Positions 11,515 to 24,544 of a stretch of 64,000 nt of DNA are shown here, piece after piece. Numbering within the stretch: the stretch's first letter is position 1; every line of letters begins with the position of its first letter. Source of the stretch: Haliotis rubra (Eukaryota); the NCBI RefSeq assembly GCF_003918875.1, contig NW_025766955.1:372001-436000 (forward strand). The letters run 5' to 3'. A model generated the notes under the pieces. It did not search any database and was not told the origin of the DNA. It saw only the letters and a program-made list of their open reading frames with translations. The position numbers and the translations under genes were made by a program.

Positions 11515-11795
11515 TCATCGTATATTTTACGGTATGAATACATTCGGTACACCGTAAAGCTACTGGTTTTGTACCGGCAGCACGGCTGCCAAACTATTAC
11601 CGTATATTTTACGGTATGAATTATTACGGTATCCCGTAAAGCTACTGGTTTTGTACCGGCAGCATGGCTGCCAGAGTTTTACCGTATATTTTACGGTATG
11701 AATTTATTACGGTATCCCGTAAAGCTACTGAGTTTTTACCGGCAGCATGGCTGCCAAACTTTTACCGTAAAAATTAACGGTAAAGTTTTACAGTG
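11515..11795 (+). mobile_element. Right end of a CACTA/EnSpm-type DNA transposon with subterminal repeats
   Basis: Ends TTTTACAGTG (CACTGTAAAA on the minus strand); about three ~80-bp repeats carrying the palindromes ACCGTAtatttTACGGT and GGCAGCatgGCTGCC. Confidence 0.75.
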
Positions 11796-12500
11796 CAAGA
11801 GCTGCTTTAGCTGCAGCATCGGCCTTAGTGTTACCTGCTATGCCGACGTGACCCGGCGACCAGCAGAGGACGATGTCACATTGGCCAGTAGATAGGTCGT
11901 TGAAAAGTTCTAAAATGTCCAGGATGATTGGGTGACTTGAAGTAACATTTTGAAGTGCTTGAAGGCAAGATAATGAATCTGTAAAAACGATGACGTTTTT
12001 GGAATGATTTTGCTGTTTAATGTAGGTAAAAGCTGAGAAGATAGCTTTGGCATCAGCGGTGAAAATGGAAATGTTGTCGGGAATCCTAGAGGAGACAGTC
12101 TTGGATTCTATAACTGTAGCACTGGCAACTTGGCCATGGTCCTTGGATCCGTCTGTGAAAATGGATGTGTTATACTTAGGACGTAACTGGTTGTATTCCT
12201 GTTGGAACACCAAGGGATTTGTTTCAGACTTTCTGAGTTTGGTGAGGGTAAGATCGACCTGTGGTTTCACCATCTGCCAGGGTAGTGAAGACAGAAGTCG
12301 GTAAGGTAATGATATTGAGATCGAGTTTAGCTGCAGATATGTGTGGTTGAATTCTGATTCCAAGTGGTGGAACCAGGCTTGGCAGATTAGGAAACGTTTT
12401 CATAGAGAGGGCTGAAAACACAATTGTATGCTGGATTGGACTCATTTGAACGTAATTTAGTGATATACTGCAGTGAAAGTTTAATGCGGCGTTGTTCTGA
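11796..12500 (-). mobile_element. Decayed non-LTR retrotransposon (I-group-like) pol fragment with RNase H domain
   Basis: IFTDGSK...SIFTAD(E)AKAI...VFTDSLS...WSPGHVGIAGNTKADAAAK. Upstream EQRRIKLSLQYITKL..NPAYNCVF..PPLGIRI is broken by frameshifts and stops. Confidence 0.9.
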
Positions 12501-12502
12501 GG

Positions 12503-12845
12503 TGAGGTGAAATTGGGTTTAACGTCGTGCTTGAGAATATTTCGCTCATATGACGACGTGCATGCGTGTGTATGTGTATGTGCGGCTGCTTGTACTAGCC
12601 CAGTGAGGTTTTATAGTGCTAGTCCACTGAGATACCACGCCGCAGTGAAGCATGAATACCCCACTCAAACACATTATACTGACTCCGAGCCGACCAGTCC
12701 TTGTTGTACCCATTAATGCCGAGCGCCAGGCAGGGACCAACAAGTACCAAATTTTAACGTCTTTTGGTATGACGCGGCCGGGGATCGAACCCGCGACCTT
12801 CCGCTCTCCGGGCAGACGCTCTAACCACTACACCACGGAGGCGGT
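12503..12845 (-). mobile_element. Full-length tRNA-derived SINE (family 3; body resembles the Meta-SINE domain, from memory) with 16-bp TSD
   Basis: A box TGGTGTAGTGG, B box GGTTCGATCC, (CACCT)n tail; TSD CGGCGTTGTTCTGAGG at 12487-12502 and 12846-12861. Confidence 0.88.
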
Positions 12846-12858
12846 CGGCGTTGTTCTG

Positions 12859-13300
12859 AGGCTATGTTGGCGGGTAATGGGACTTTAGTCCTACCCAAAG
12901 CTAGGCCACTCTGGCAGGTGCTGGGTCTCTGTTCCTACCCCAAACTAGGCTGTGTTGGCGGGTGCTGGGTCTCTGGTCCTACCCCAAACTAGGCCACTTT
13001 GGTGGGTAATGGGACTTTAGTCCTACCCCAAACTAGGCCACTTTGGTGGGTAATGGGACTCTGGTATTACCCCAAACTAGGCCACTTTGGTGGGTAATGG
13101 GACTCTGGTCCTACCCCAAACTAGGCCACTTTGGTGGGTAATGGGACTCTGGTCCTACCCCAAACTAGGCCACTTTGGTGGGTGCTGGGTCTCTAGTCCT
13201 ACCCCAAGCTAGGCTGTGTTGGCAGGTGCTGGGTCTCTGTTCCTACCCCAAGCTAGGCTGTGTTGGCGGGTGATGGTTCTCTAGTCCTACCCCAAGCTAC
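12859..13300. repeat. 44-bp minisatellite, ~10 copies
   Basis: AGGCCACTTTGGTGGGTAATGGGACTCTGGTCCTACCCCAAACT; period 12991->13035. Confidence 0.9.
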
Positions 13301-13581
13301 GCCTTATTCTGGCATTATGAATATGGAATGAATCCCTTGAAACACATTTAAACCAGATTTAGAACAACACCTTTCAGGTTGATCTGACTTCTCTAATATT
13401 CACAGCACAAATATACCGGATCACTGGCTGAGTTCAGTCTTTCCTCTTCAGTTCTGACAAACGATGTATATATGTAGATGTACGCTTTCCAAGATGCCTG
13501 AGAGGCTGTGTAACTGCTGTAATGCTGTCCTTGAACATAATTCAAGCAAACCCGACTCAATGTTTATCATGTTGAAATACC

Positions 13582-13587
13582 TTTATT
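13582..13587 (-). promoter_or_regulatory. Candidate distal poly(A) signal of the FERM gene (other AATAAA at 16892-16897 and 17289-17294)
   Basis: AATAAA on the minus strand at the end of a ~4.8-kb repeat-poor stretch following the stop codon. Confidence 0.35.
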
Positions 13588-16500
13588 GTCTTAAAGGGAA
13601 GACAACTCTGTCAACCCCAGTTGTTACCATGACAGTGCTAGGGCTGTCACCAACAGACGGATCATAGTTATGTACAGACACAATATACAGAGTAGGTTGA
13701 CAGAGCGGGAGACTGGAAGGTCAGCATTCATCCCAACAGGAGACCAGCAATACACAGCAGGTCACAAAAAACCATAGATTAACTGAAATCTTTAAATACA
13801 TGTTCCAGTGCTCAACAGGATGTACCGTGGTATATTGGATTTATCCCATCCCGTCATCCAGTGATATATAATGGTCTTTACTTCAAGTCCAGCAAAAGGT
13901 TTTAAATTAAAGGAAAAGTACACAAGCTGTTTGAAGGTCTCCTCTTGGTGATGCGTGCTGCCTGAACATCAACACTGACGGAACCAGGCTGGGTGTGGCG
14001 GCAACAACATGTCTACATCAATGTACACAACAGACATGTTGTCCACCTCTTTGTTAATTTAGTGTAGAAGTTTAACGTACATGATATAAAGGTGAAGGAC
14101 ATCAAAACATTTAATGAGCAATGAAATATTAAAATTGATAGGTATTAATCATTAACAAGATTTAGACCTCACACATGCCACAATGCTGATATTGTTATGT
14201 TCTTTTCATCAACTCAATTACAGCTTGCATCCAATATTTTACCTGAAATATGATATGATGCATTTGACATTCTTCAGGAATCTAACTGGTCAAATACACA
14301 CAACTTTGTGAAGGATAAAATGTCTTTGCTATTAATTATAGTTACCAGAAAAGAGAAAAGTGTCCAAAGTGTGTTACCCAGTAAAATCTCATCCAATGAG
14401 ATTCCAGTGAACATACCCCGAGATACAGATGTGACATGTTGGTGGCTGGGAAACAGTGAAAGGCACAGTTCTCTAAATCAGCACCACACATTGATAAAAA
14501 CAAAAAATATATTGCCCATAATGAAATATAGTCAACGGTATAGATCTGATAAATATGATTTTGAGAGATGTCTTTTGTTCCAGAATGGCTACAGAATACA
14601 TCCACTGACTGGGAAGATGACATTTGACACAAATCCTCCTCTTGTAAGTGAAATACAAATACTCCGTTGTTCCTTGCACATGCACAAAGTGATGTGAGCA
14701 AGTTTGTTAGACTTGATACATTTCAATACCAGCCTTGGCAGCACCAACGTAAGATCCACACTGTAGTGGACCTCCGAACACTGACAGACACAAGGATGGG
14801 AAGAGGCATCAGATATTTGGTAAATTTACACATTAGTAAGAGCAAGGTTGCTGAACGACCTTGAGCTGGACAATGAGCTGGTCAGTTTTCTTTGTAGTTT
14901 CGTACAAGAAAACAGAAAATCTGGCTTGAGTCAAAATTATAAATAAATATCACAATTGGAAAAGTTTATAAACAGATAATTTACGATTTCAACAGTACAC
15001 TAGAATACAGATATGTATGCAGGACAAAGTTTTTTGAGGAAAAAGTTGAATGAAGATGAAGATGACAACAATGACAAATGTACTAAAGCATCAAAACACA
15101 GTAATATGCACACTATGAGTCTGTGTTACTGAAAGCGTAGAAGGAATTCAAAATATAAGTATAAAAAATATTGCGTGAAAATTGTCAGAAAGGACCTTCA
15201 TCTTTGAATGCCAGAAATTACTTGCTCATTTGTACGTGTTAGTAAATACCTACATTCAACAACATCTAAAAATATCACATTTCCCTCCCCAACTCCACCG
15301 AGCTACCTTGACTCAGTGAACTATTTCACGATGGAATGCCACATAACATATCGGCCACTACCCAGTGTATAGACTGTATGGCTAAAACAGCAAATTCTCC
15401 CCCCCGTAACAACCAGGGTTACAACCATGATGACAACCAGGAATGTCCACCATTGTCAGCGAATGTCAAGGTGTAACTTGTGTACAGCTAGCTAAATCAG
15501 AAAATAACTCCTCGCCTTATAAACAAACATAGTGTATCATGTAACAACGTAAATTTTCCTACCTCTACTATCTACGTCGAAGCAGTAGTTAACCTGTTTT
15601 TGTTGAAGTGTAATGAAAACCGCAATCAAGATTCATAAGTAAACACCAAGAAGTCACAACCCCTTTCAATGACAGCTACTTAAAAAAAAATATCTGTTCA
15701 CATTAAAGTTAAAAAAATGGCAACAAGTAACAATTAAAACTTACTTACACAATGTACAGAAGACCCTGGTTTGTGCAACTTCCCCCCAACAGACAGATTG
15801 AAGTTATTCACTAGCTTGTCTGCAACATTCAGCAATATTCCAGCTACGTGACGACGGTCTGTAAACATTCATGTCTACACCAGACAATCCAGTGACCGAT
15901 GCAATGAGAATCGATCTACGATTAATTTGCCTCTAATGACAAATTTAGTTGCTAGGGACCAATTGTAACCTAAATCTTCACACGACAAATTCCCAAACTG
16001 GGGTTGGACAACTTTTTATACATGAGACGTTGATCGTCTTTGCAACCAAATATCCCAACCTCTTACGTATTGTCTGCCATTAAACAATCATGACACAGTT
16101 GCTCAGCTGAAGCAAGCACATGTATATACATCTCTAAACAACGACCCCAGGGTCTGTCTTCACTGATGGCTAATGTTTCCTCACAATTCTGGTGAATACA
16201 TCAACCGTAATGCCTGTGGAATCCATCGCCACAATTCAAACATGACTCAACACTCTGTGTGTCCACTCGATGTGTCTTCCACTGAATAGTTCCTGTATGT
16301 AGGTAGATAAAATAAAATACAAAAAAATATTTGTAAGAACCTTTCTGTTGAATAACATCTTAGTTGAAAATAAGCATAAGGCCCACATTGAGTCGACGGA
16401 ATCGGGCAGCTGGACAAGAGGAATAGTGCTGATATGTCTTCATGAAGTAAGGCATGCTTCGGGATATGTCAAACATCGGAATAGCAAACATGCATAGACT

Positions 16501-18341
16501 ATGATTAGAACAAATCTGATTACACAGTGGCAAGAAGTTCAAATATATGTTCAATTACATTGTGTAGACAGAAATACACGCCGCTAGTTAGTGTTACTAT
16601 AAATAACATGCACGATGACATCCACAAACTATACAAAACCGGTAAATGCGTAACAATACTGACAACAGGGCAGCCTGCTAAATTCCCAAACTGACGTTAA
16701 GAAACGACCCTCACGATAAGCCTAATAATATTGTCATAAGCAGCACAAGTGCACACAAGCTTAAAATATAGAGCACTGAATATTTAAAAAACCCACACAC
16801 TACCACGACTGCATTTCTCAGTCACAAAGAAATATTTTTTTTAAATTATATTCCCCCCAAACCATAACAAGGTAAAATTTGACTATATTCCTTTATTTGA
16901 ACTCAGTTTAATTTACCAACAAAAAATAGCCATTTAAGATTTTTCAGTTAGCTGATTCTTGTGCTTACGCTAGAACTAATGACCTGTTGTCTAGAGCACC
17001 TGACTCAACGTGGATACATTGTTAAACATGTCACCTACCCACCGACCTTCACACGGCGAGGGCTAGAAGCAACACGTATGGTCATGTACTACAGAAAGCA
17101 CTGCCAGACAGAGCACCCTACCAGCTGAGCTAGAAGCAATACGTAGTCACGTTAAACAGTAAGCTAGTTAACATACACATAGCATATTATGGCCACCTTG
17201 TTGAACAGAGGGACCATGTCAACAGTACACAGAGGAGATGTAAGCCCATTCCTGTTGTTGCATTTAAAAAACAAAACAATAGGGATAATTTATTAGGTGC
17301 TGTATAAAACTGTTTTGAAAATAACATGCCACATGGAAGTCAGAAAATGGTGCGCGGATGTGGCTGTTTCCAATACATCTTAACCACTTCCACACTGCCA
17401 CGTCAGATTGTGGAAAAAGAGTTCTTAATATGGCCCCTCCTGAAGTTCCCCAAATGCAAGCACTCACATGGAATCAGTTGTGGCAACCCTCCTGGTTTTG
17501 CTGCAGCAATATTTCAACAGCAGTCTCAAGTATGCAGGTTTGGGGATCACTGTATTATCAACCAGCCCTAAACCAGCATACACGTTTATACACACATTCA
17601 TCTCACCTCAAGACAGAGAAACCTGCTTGTTATCAAGAGCAAAACATTAAAACTTGAGACGCATCATCTTGATGCCCACAAAGCATCTTTCCTGCTTCCA
17701 AAATCTTTTTGCAACCAAATTCCATTCTAGTGAAAAAACTTGTTTCCATCGCTCCAGTAGCTGTAATGGTGGGGACTTGCGTGCCATTCTATAGAACAGG
17801 AACAAATATCCACATAACTTGAACAGATATCCATAGAACATGAACAAATATCCACATGACTTGAAAACATTATGAGAAGAGAATGATTCAAAATGATCTG
17901 TTCTTCATGCAATTATTTTGTTTTTAAAAAAGATTTGCTGAATATGCAATTTGAAAACTCACATGCATTGTCGGTAATGGTCAATATTTTTCGAAAGTTG
18001 ATGACGAATATAAAGAGATTAGAAATCCATTTCTGTCGTGGGTTAGAAAATGTAATCAGAAGGCCATAGTCCCACACACAGCAATAATTATGAAGGATAA
18101 AATATGCCATAAAATCATGAAATCCATTGTCTTCTTGAAATATCTTCCCTACACGTTTCCTGCATTGCTCTTCTCTATGTATCCTACATCGTAGATCTAC
18201 ACACAATATATCCACAGATATTCATTCTGGCAAATTTAAGTCTCTTCCAAGAAGAATTTGTCCAAATAGTCACATCTCTAAAACACTCTCCTTCGGAAGT
18301 CTCTTGTCTGAATCATTATTATTCACGTGTTCCATTGCACT

Positions 18342-18554
18342 TCACAATTCTGTAGTTAGAGTTATCTTCCTTTCCACTTTCTTCTCAGGTGGAGCCACCT
18401 GCCAGGGTGAAAGGTCATTGCCATTGGCATGAGAAGCGTTTGACTCTGACACAGATCGTTTGTTCACTGTAACCACGTGACTCACTGTTGTCTTAGCACT
18501 TGAAGAAGAGGGATTCTTGCGGTTTGCTGCTTTTGTTCCGGTAAAGGATGTTTC
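18342..18554 (-). CDS. EPB41L5: Terminal exon ETSF...LSPWQVAPPEKKVERKITLTTEL*
   Basis: tcttttcag|GAA acceptor, phase 0; 71 codons. The C-terminal TTEL is a class I PDZ-binding motif like the end of vertebrate EPB41L5. Confidence 0.88.
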   Translation of the reverse strand, partial: ETSFTGTKAANRKNPSSSSAKTTVSHVVTVNKRSVSESNASHANGNDLSPWQVAPPEKKVERKITLTTEL

Positions 18555-18641
18555 CTGAAAAGAATACAATGAGACTACTGTATTTCTTATACCATTTGTA
18601 GGGGTGAAATGGTTAATAAGCATATAGTCTTGACGTTAAAC

Positions 18642-18809
18642 TGACTGACTGAGTGAGTTTAGTTTTACGTCGCTTTTAGCAATATTCCAGCAATATTACG
18701 GCAGCGGACACCAGAAATGGGCTTAACACATTGTGCCCATGTGGGGAATCGAACCCGGGTCTTCGGAGTGACGAGCCAACGCTTTAACCACTTGGCTACC
18801 CCACCGCCC
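18642..18809 (-). mobile_element. Short tRNA-derived SINE (family 1) with 12-bp TSD
   Basis: Head GGGCGGTGGGGTAGCCAAGTGG..GGTTCGATTCC, (ACTC/AGTC)n tail; TSD TTGACGTTAAAC at 18630-18641 and 18812-18823. Confidence 0.9.
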
Positions 18810-20074
18810 TTTTGACGTTAAACAATCAGTGCTGATGTGTCTTAGGGAGAAATGTACATTACCTTCATATTCATGTTGGTTATTTATGAATCAAATTTTT
18901 TAATCTTAAAATTGTCTTTAAGGGAATTTCAATAGTGTACAATTTCAAAAGACTGCTTTCATTTAGAAACATGAAACATGAAACATGAAACCAGAGCTTG
19001 AACAGTCAACTGTTGTCATTAAATACACAGTAAGTACACATGCACTTTCTGACCATGCAGAATACAGGTGAAGGGATATACAGGCTAGCTACTGTATGAG
19101 GTGGCCACTGGGGTATCGGAATATCAGAATAGTCCAACACAGAGAAAACACTAGCATTAGTAAACCTGTAGCTACAGTGGACTGCCAGAGAGCTGTACAT
19201 TGCCTCGTCTTCAGGCAAAAGTGCAGTGTTAAACATTATCATACAGCATAGACACTTAGTAGCTGCAACTGGAAATGAGATGGTTATGTTTGGGTTCAAA
19301 TGATGGCTAAGTTACGATGTATCAATTCAGTCATTCCATCACTGCAGGTCCCGTGCTCTTCCATGCAAACCTCGTCACGACCTTTCACTCGGATACAACA
19401 CCCATCTGTCTGCAGATCTGAGGACATCGCCACACAGTGAGGACTGCACTGGTTTTTGAGCCAATCAGATGTCAGTTTTTTAAAACAATATAGCTTCACT
19501 TTGATTCGTAAACTGTGACCTTAGGAAAAGAAACCTACAGAACACAAATACACATTGATAGTGGATGGTCGGAGTTGACTCGGGGTCATCCTGAGATGAC
19601 CTTGTATTGTATCGTCCTCAGACCTTGCTGCAGAGCGGTATCCTATCTGCACAAAACATCTGGAATGAGAATTCTTCCTAGTAAACCTCAGACGTATCAA
19701 TAATCTGCCGTGTACCTCATGCTGGAAACCCTCCACCCATCCCCCGGCACAAGAAGTCGTACCTGTCATTCCGTAATTTACTGTAGTGATAACCTTTCCT
19801 GATTTTATTAGTAAGTGAAAAAGTTAATTTTGTGCTTATGCAACAATTACAATATTTCAAATGTAAACCCACAGACTGTAAATACATTCAGTCTTGAACG
19901 AGCGAACAGTGGGTGACGGCATAAGTATGAGCCTTTGTTGTCAGAGTATGATGACCAGCCAACTGACCTTCAGACTCATGACCAGCAATGATTACAGGCA
20001 AACATTAACCACATCATCCCCCTTTGTCCATTCCTGTCATGCAGGTAGTATCGCCATGGTTACATGCTACTACT

Positions 20075-22396
20075 CACAACCAACAAGCATCTAGTCACAC
20101 AACCAGCATCTAGTCACACAACCAACAAGCGTCTAGTCACACAACCAACAAGCATCTAGTCACACAACCAACAAACAAGTCACACAACCAACAAGCATCT
20201 AGTCACACAACCAGCATCTAGTCACACAACCAACAAGCGTCTAGTCACACAACCAACAAGCGTCTAGTCACACAACCAACAAGCATCTAGTCACACAACC
20301 AACAAGCGTCTAGTCACACAACCAACAAGCATCTAGTCACACAACCAACAAGCATCTAGTCACACAACCCAACATCTAGTCACACAACCAACATCTAGTC
20401 ACACAACCAACAAGCATCTAGTCACACAACCAACAAACATCTAGTCACACAACCAACAAGCATCTAGTCACACAACCAACAAGCATCTAGTCACACAACC
20501 AGCATCTAGTCACACAACCAACAAGCATCTAGTCACACAACCAAACAACACCAACAAGCGTCCTAGTCACACAACCAACAAGCATCTAGTCATCACACAA
20601 CCAACAAGCATCTAGTCACACAACCAACAAGCATCTAGTCACACAACCAACAAGCATCTAGTCACACAACCAACAAGCATCTAGTCACACAACCAACAAG
20701 CGTCTAGTCACACAACCAACAAGCATCTAGTCACACAACCAACAAGCATCTATCTAGCGCCACACAACCAACAAGCATCTAGTCAACACAACCAACAAGC
20801 ATCTAGTCACACAACCAACATCAACCAACAAGCATCTAGTCACACAACCAACAAGCATCTAGTCACACAACCAACAAGCATCTAGTCACACAACCAACAA
20901 GCATCTAGTCACACAACCAACACACAACCAACAAGCATCTAGTCACACACAACCAACAAGCATCTAGTCACACAACAAGCATCTAGTCACAACCAACAAG
21001 CATCTAGTCACACAACCAACAAGCATCTAGTCACACAACCAACAAGCATCTAGTCACACAACCAACAAGCATCTAGTCACACAACCAACAAGCATCTAGT
21101 CACACAACCAACAAGCATCTAGTCACACAACCAACAAGCATCTAGTCACACAACCAACAAGCATCTAGTCTAGTCACACAACCAACAAGCATCTAGTCAC
21201 ACAACCAACAACATCTAGTCACGTCAACAAGTCTAGTCACACAACCAACAAGCATCTAGTCACACAACCAACAAGCATCTAGTCACACAACCAACAAGCA
21301 TCTAGTCACACAACCAACAAGCATCCAACAAGCACCTAGTCACACAACCAACAAGCATCTAGTCACACAACCAACATCTAGTCACACAACCAACAAGCAT
21401 CTAGTCACACAACCAACAAGCATCTAGTCACACAACCAACAAGCATCTAGTCACACAACCAACAAGCATCTAGTCACACAACCAACAAGCATCTAGTCAC
21501 ACAACCAACAAGCATCTAGTCACACAACCAACAAGCATCTAGTCACACAACCAACAAGCATCTAGTCACACAACCAACAAGCATCTAGTCACACAACCAA
21601 CAAGCATCTAGTCACACAACCAACAAGCATCTAGTCACACAACCAACAAGCATCTAGTCACACAACCAACAACCAACAAGCATCTAGTCACACACACAAC
21701 AAGCATCTAGTCACACAACCAACAAGCATCTAGTCACACAACCAACAAGCATCTAGTCACACAACCAAGGCATCTAGTCACACAACCAACAAGCATCTAG
21801 TCACACAACCAACAACTAGTCACACAACCAACAATCTAGTCACACAACCAACAAGCATCTAGTCACACAACCAACAAGCATCTAGTCCAACACACAACTA
21901 GTCAACAAGCATCTAGCATCTAGTCACACAACCAACAAGCATCTAGTCACACAACCAACAAGCATCTAGTCACACACACAACCAACAAGCATCTAGTCTA
22001 GTCACACAGTCTAGTCACACAACCAACAAGCATCTAGTCACACAACCAACAAGCATCTAGTCACACAACCAACAAGCATCTAGTCACACAACCAACAAGC
22101 ATCTAGTCACAAAAACTAGTCACACAACCAACAAGCATCTAGTCACACAACCAAGTCACACAACCAAGCAACAACCAGCATCTAGTCACACAACCAACAA
22201 GCATCTAGTCACACAACCAACAAGCATCTAGTCACACAACCAACAAGCATCTAGTCACACAACCAACAAGCATCTAGTCACACAACCAACAAGCATCTAG
22301 TCACACAACCAGCATCTAGTCACACAACCAACAAGCATCTAGTCACACAACCAACAAGCATCTAGTCACACAACCAACAAGCATCTAGTCACACAA
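20075..22396. repeat. 23-bp minisatellite (CACACAACCAACAAGCATCTAGT), ~100 copies
   Basis: Direct reading. Confidence 0.95.
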
Positions 22397-23283
22397 AGGC
22401 ACACAATGATTACATTAAACGTTAGTCAATGAAACAATGAAGATATCAAATATAACATGATGCAAATTTTCTCATGCTAAATCTATTCAGGTCCACAGAA
22501 ATTTTAACAGTGATAAAATTGAGGTTCAACGAGTTTCTGATCAGAGTTTGCACAGCCATAGGACAATCTTCATAAATGTTAATAAACATCATCAGCTATC
22601 TGTAGTCTGTCTAATATCAGTTTTCTCAACAACTTCCAATGATAAATATTGATATGTAAACAATTCTGCGACTTCATCTTATGCCTAAATACAGGATATA
22701 GGATCTTCTACTCAAGGAGAATTTCCTGTATTTAATTTCAGTTTTGTGCCAAACAGAAAGAGTTCAGGTTCAGGTCACTTAAAGCTGGACCTGTTTCCAC
22801 ATCCTGGTGTCTTTCCTCTGTCACTGAATTTTCAATTAGCTCTCCTGAACAGATCTGAAACACCTGGGATTCCAACCAATCATCTTCAGTTTCTGGCATG
22901 TCAAAGGGATGAATCTCTGCACGATGAATTGTGGTGGCTAAGCCTCTATCGATACTCTGACCAAACTGAGATCCTAAGCTGAGAGCTGGGAGAGAGTTCA
23001 CACGTGGTATCAGTGAGTGTTAATCTGGCTTGTGCTTCAGGAATTACCTGCCTGTGTCAACAAACTCTGACCAGGGGCAACAGAACATTGTTAGTGAGGG
23101 AACTCAGAAACACTTCAACGTTTCAATTCTGTCAATCTTCAACAGGGTTGTCATGCCAACTTACCATGCATAGTTAGTGAGGTTCTAAAATGCAAATTTG
23201 AAAGAACACGTTCCACAAGGAAAACTTGGCAATCTTGTTTGTTCAACGAGTGCAGGGACCTGAATAGTGTTGAGAAAACTTAC

Positions 23284-24544
23284 AATGAAGACAGGCGGCC
23301 CTTCTCCCACATTGCTGTCTGTGCAGACATCTGCAGCCGCCATCTTGGATGGGCTAGGGGCAGGGGAGATAACTCTATATGCTGGATGTGACTGATGATG
23401 AGCAAAGACTGGGTTACAGGGTTGGGCCGGGGGGTGGGACTGGACTCTACCAGTTGGCTGGGAGGGGGTGAAGGACTCAATGTCTAATGGAAAGGGCCTT
23501 GGAGCCACAGAGTTGGAAACAGGGGAGACAGGTTTGAATATTGCTGGATCAATTGCCATGGCTGCCTCCTTCTCTACAGCAGCAATAGCAGCATTCAGGT
23601 CAAGGGGGAATGGTTTGACGTCCTTGTCGTCCACAGGCAAGGCCATCTCGTCATCGAAACTTTCAGAGGACTCCATTGCTCCAGATGTTCTCTTGGTGCC
23701 GCCAACCCTTGTGAGAGCATCACTTTCAGAGACCGGAACTGGGAAGGGATTGTCCTCCTTCATGTTTAGCGGGGCAGCAGCTGTCTGGAATGGTTCTGTC
23801 ACTTCTCCACTATCTCCAGCTGCTTGTGGTGGAAGTGTTGGAACGGCAGCATGTTCGGCTGCTGGGCTGATCACACACTCAGACTCCGATGTCGGACTGG
23901 TGAGGGTGATGGCAGGAATCAGTCCGGGGCCGGACAGTCTCCGGGATTCAGTCCAGGCAACTCCGCTCTCAGGACCATGTGTAGAATTCATGCTAGAAGT
24001 GGGCTGCTTACTCTCCACAGAGGTAGAATCCGAGAAGGGATTTGTCGAAACAGGAGCATCAGTGGTGGAGAACTTAGAACCAGAATGGAACGCATGTGAT
24101 GCTTGAGGAGCACTAGCTGGGTATGTAACTGAAGCTGGTGTTGTGACAGTGGACGGGGTGGGGGTGGAGGCAGGGTTAGAGGAACATGGAACAGTGATGT
24201 TGGAAGGGAGGATGGTTGTAGGGTTTGAGGGGAGAGTGATTGTAGGGTCTGAAGGGGAGGGTGGGTGTAGGGTTTGAGGGGAGGGTGGTTGTAGAGTCTG
24301 AGGGGAGGATGGGTGTGGGATTGGTGGTTGTCTGGGAGGTGGCAGGGAAGTCAATGAGTATCTCATCCCCTTCTGAACCCTGGGTTAGCGGAGCATGAAG
24401 CTGGGTTAGCTCTGGAGGAGCACACATGCCCTGCCCCTCCTCCTGGGAGGGGTCTGTCTGGGGGTGGGGAAGAAGCACCTTTTGGGGAACTTTGGGTCTA
24501 GCAGGAACTGGAGGTGGCTGCTTAGCTTTGGCTTTCTCTGGAGG
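23284..24544 (-). CDS. EPB41L5: Large Pro/Ser/Thr-rich exon (PPEKAKAKQPPPVPARP...GPPVFI) with an apparent +1 frameshift at 24252-24253
   Basis: ttcatcag|CCT acceptor and ATT|GTAAGT donor; length 1261 = 3n+1. ORFs 24176..24649 and 23185..24366 are the two halves. Confidence 0.75.

Noticed and set aside
11788-12363. Host RNase H1 gene
   Set aside because: Intronless, flanked by frameshifted LINE pol sequence, truncated by a transposon end, and the catalytic Glu position reads Asp.
12770-12845. tRNA genes (also ~18735-18809 and ~39095-39165)
   Set aside because: A/B boxes are present, but they are joined to SINE bodies, simple-repeat tails and TSDs; no intact cloverleaf.
14308-18215. Short ORFs in the region between the two genes
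   Set aside because: AT-rich, with no motifs or consistent splice structure; better explained as 3' UTR or intergenic sequence.
19500-19790. Extra FERM-gene exon or separate gene (ORF 19521..19769; acceptor-like sites near 19520 and 19780)
   Set aside because: In-frame readings give only very short peptides, with no recognisable motif, and the gene model closes without them.
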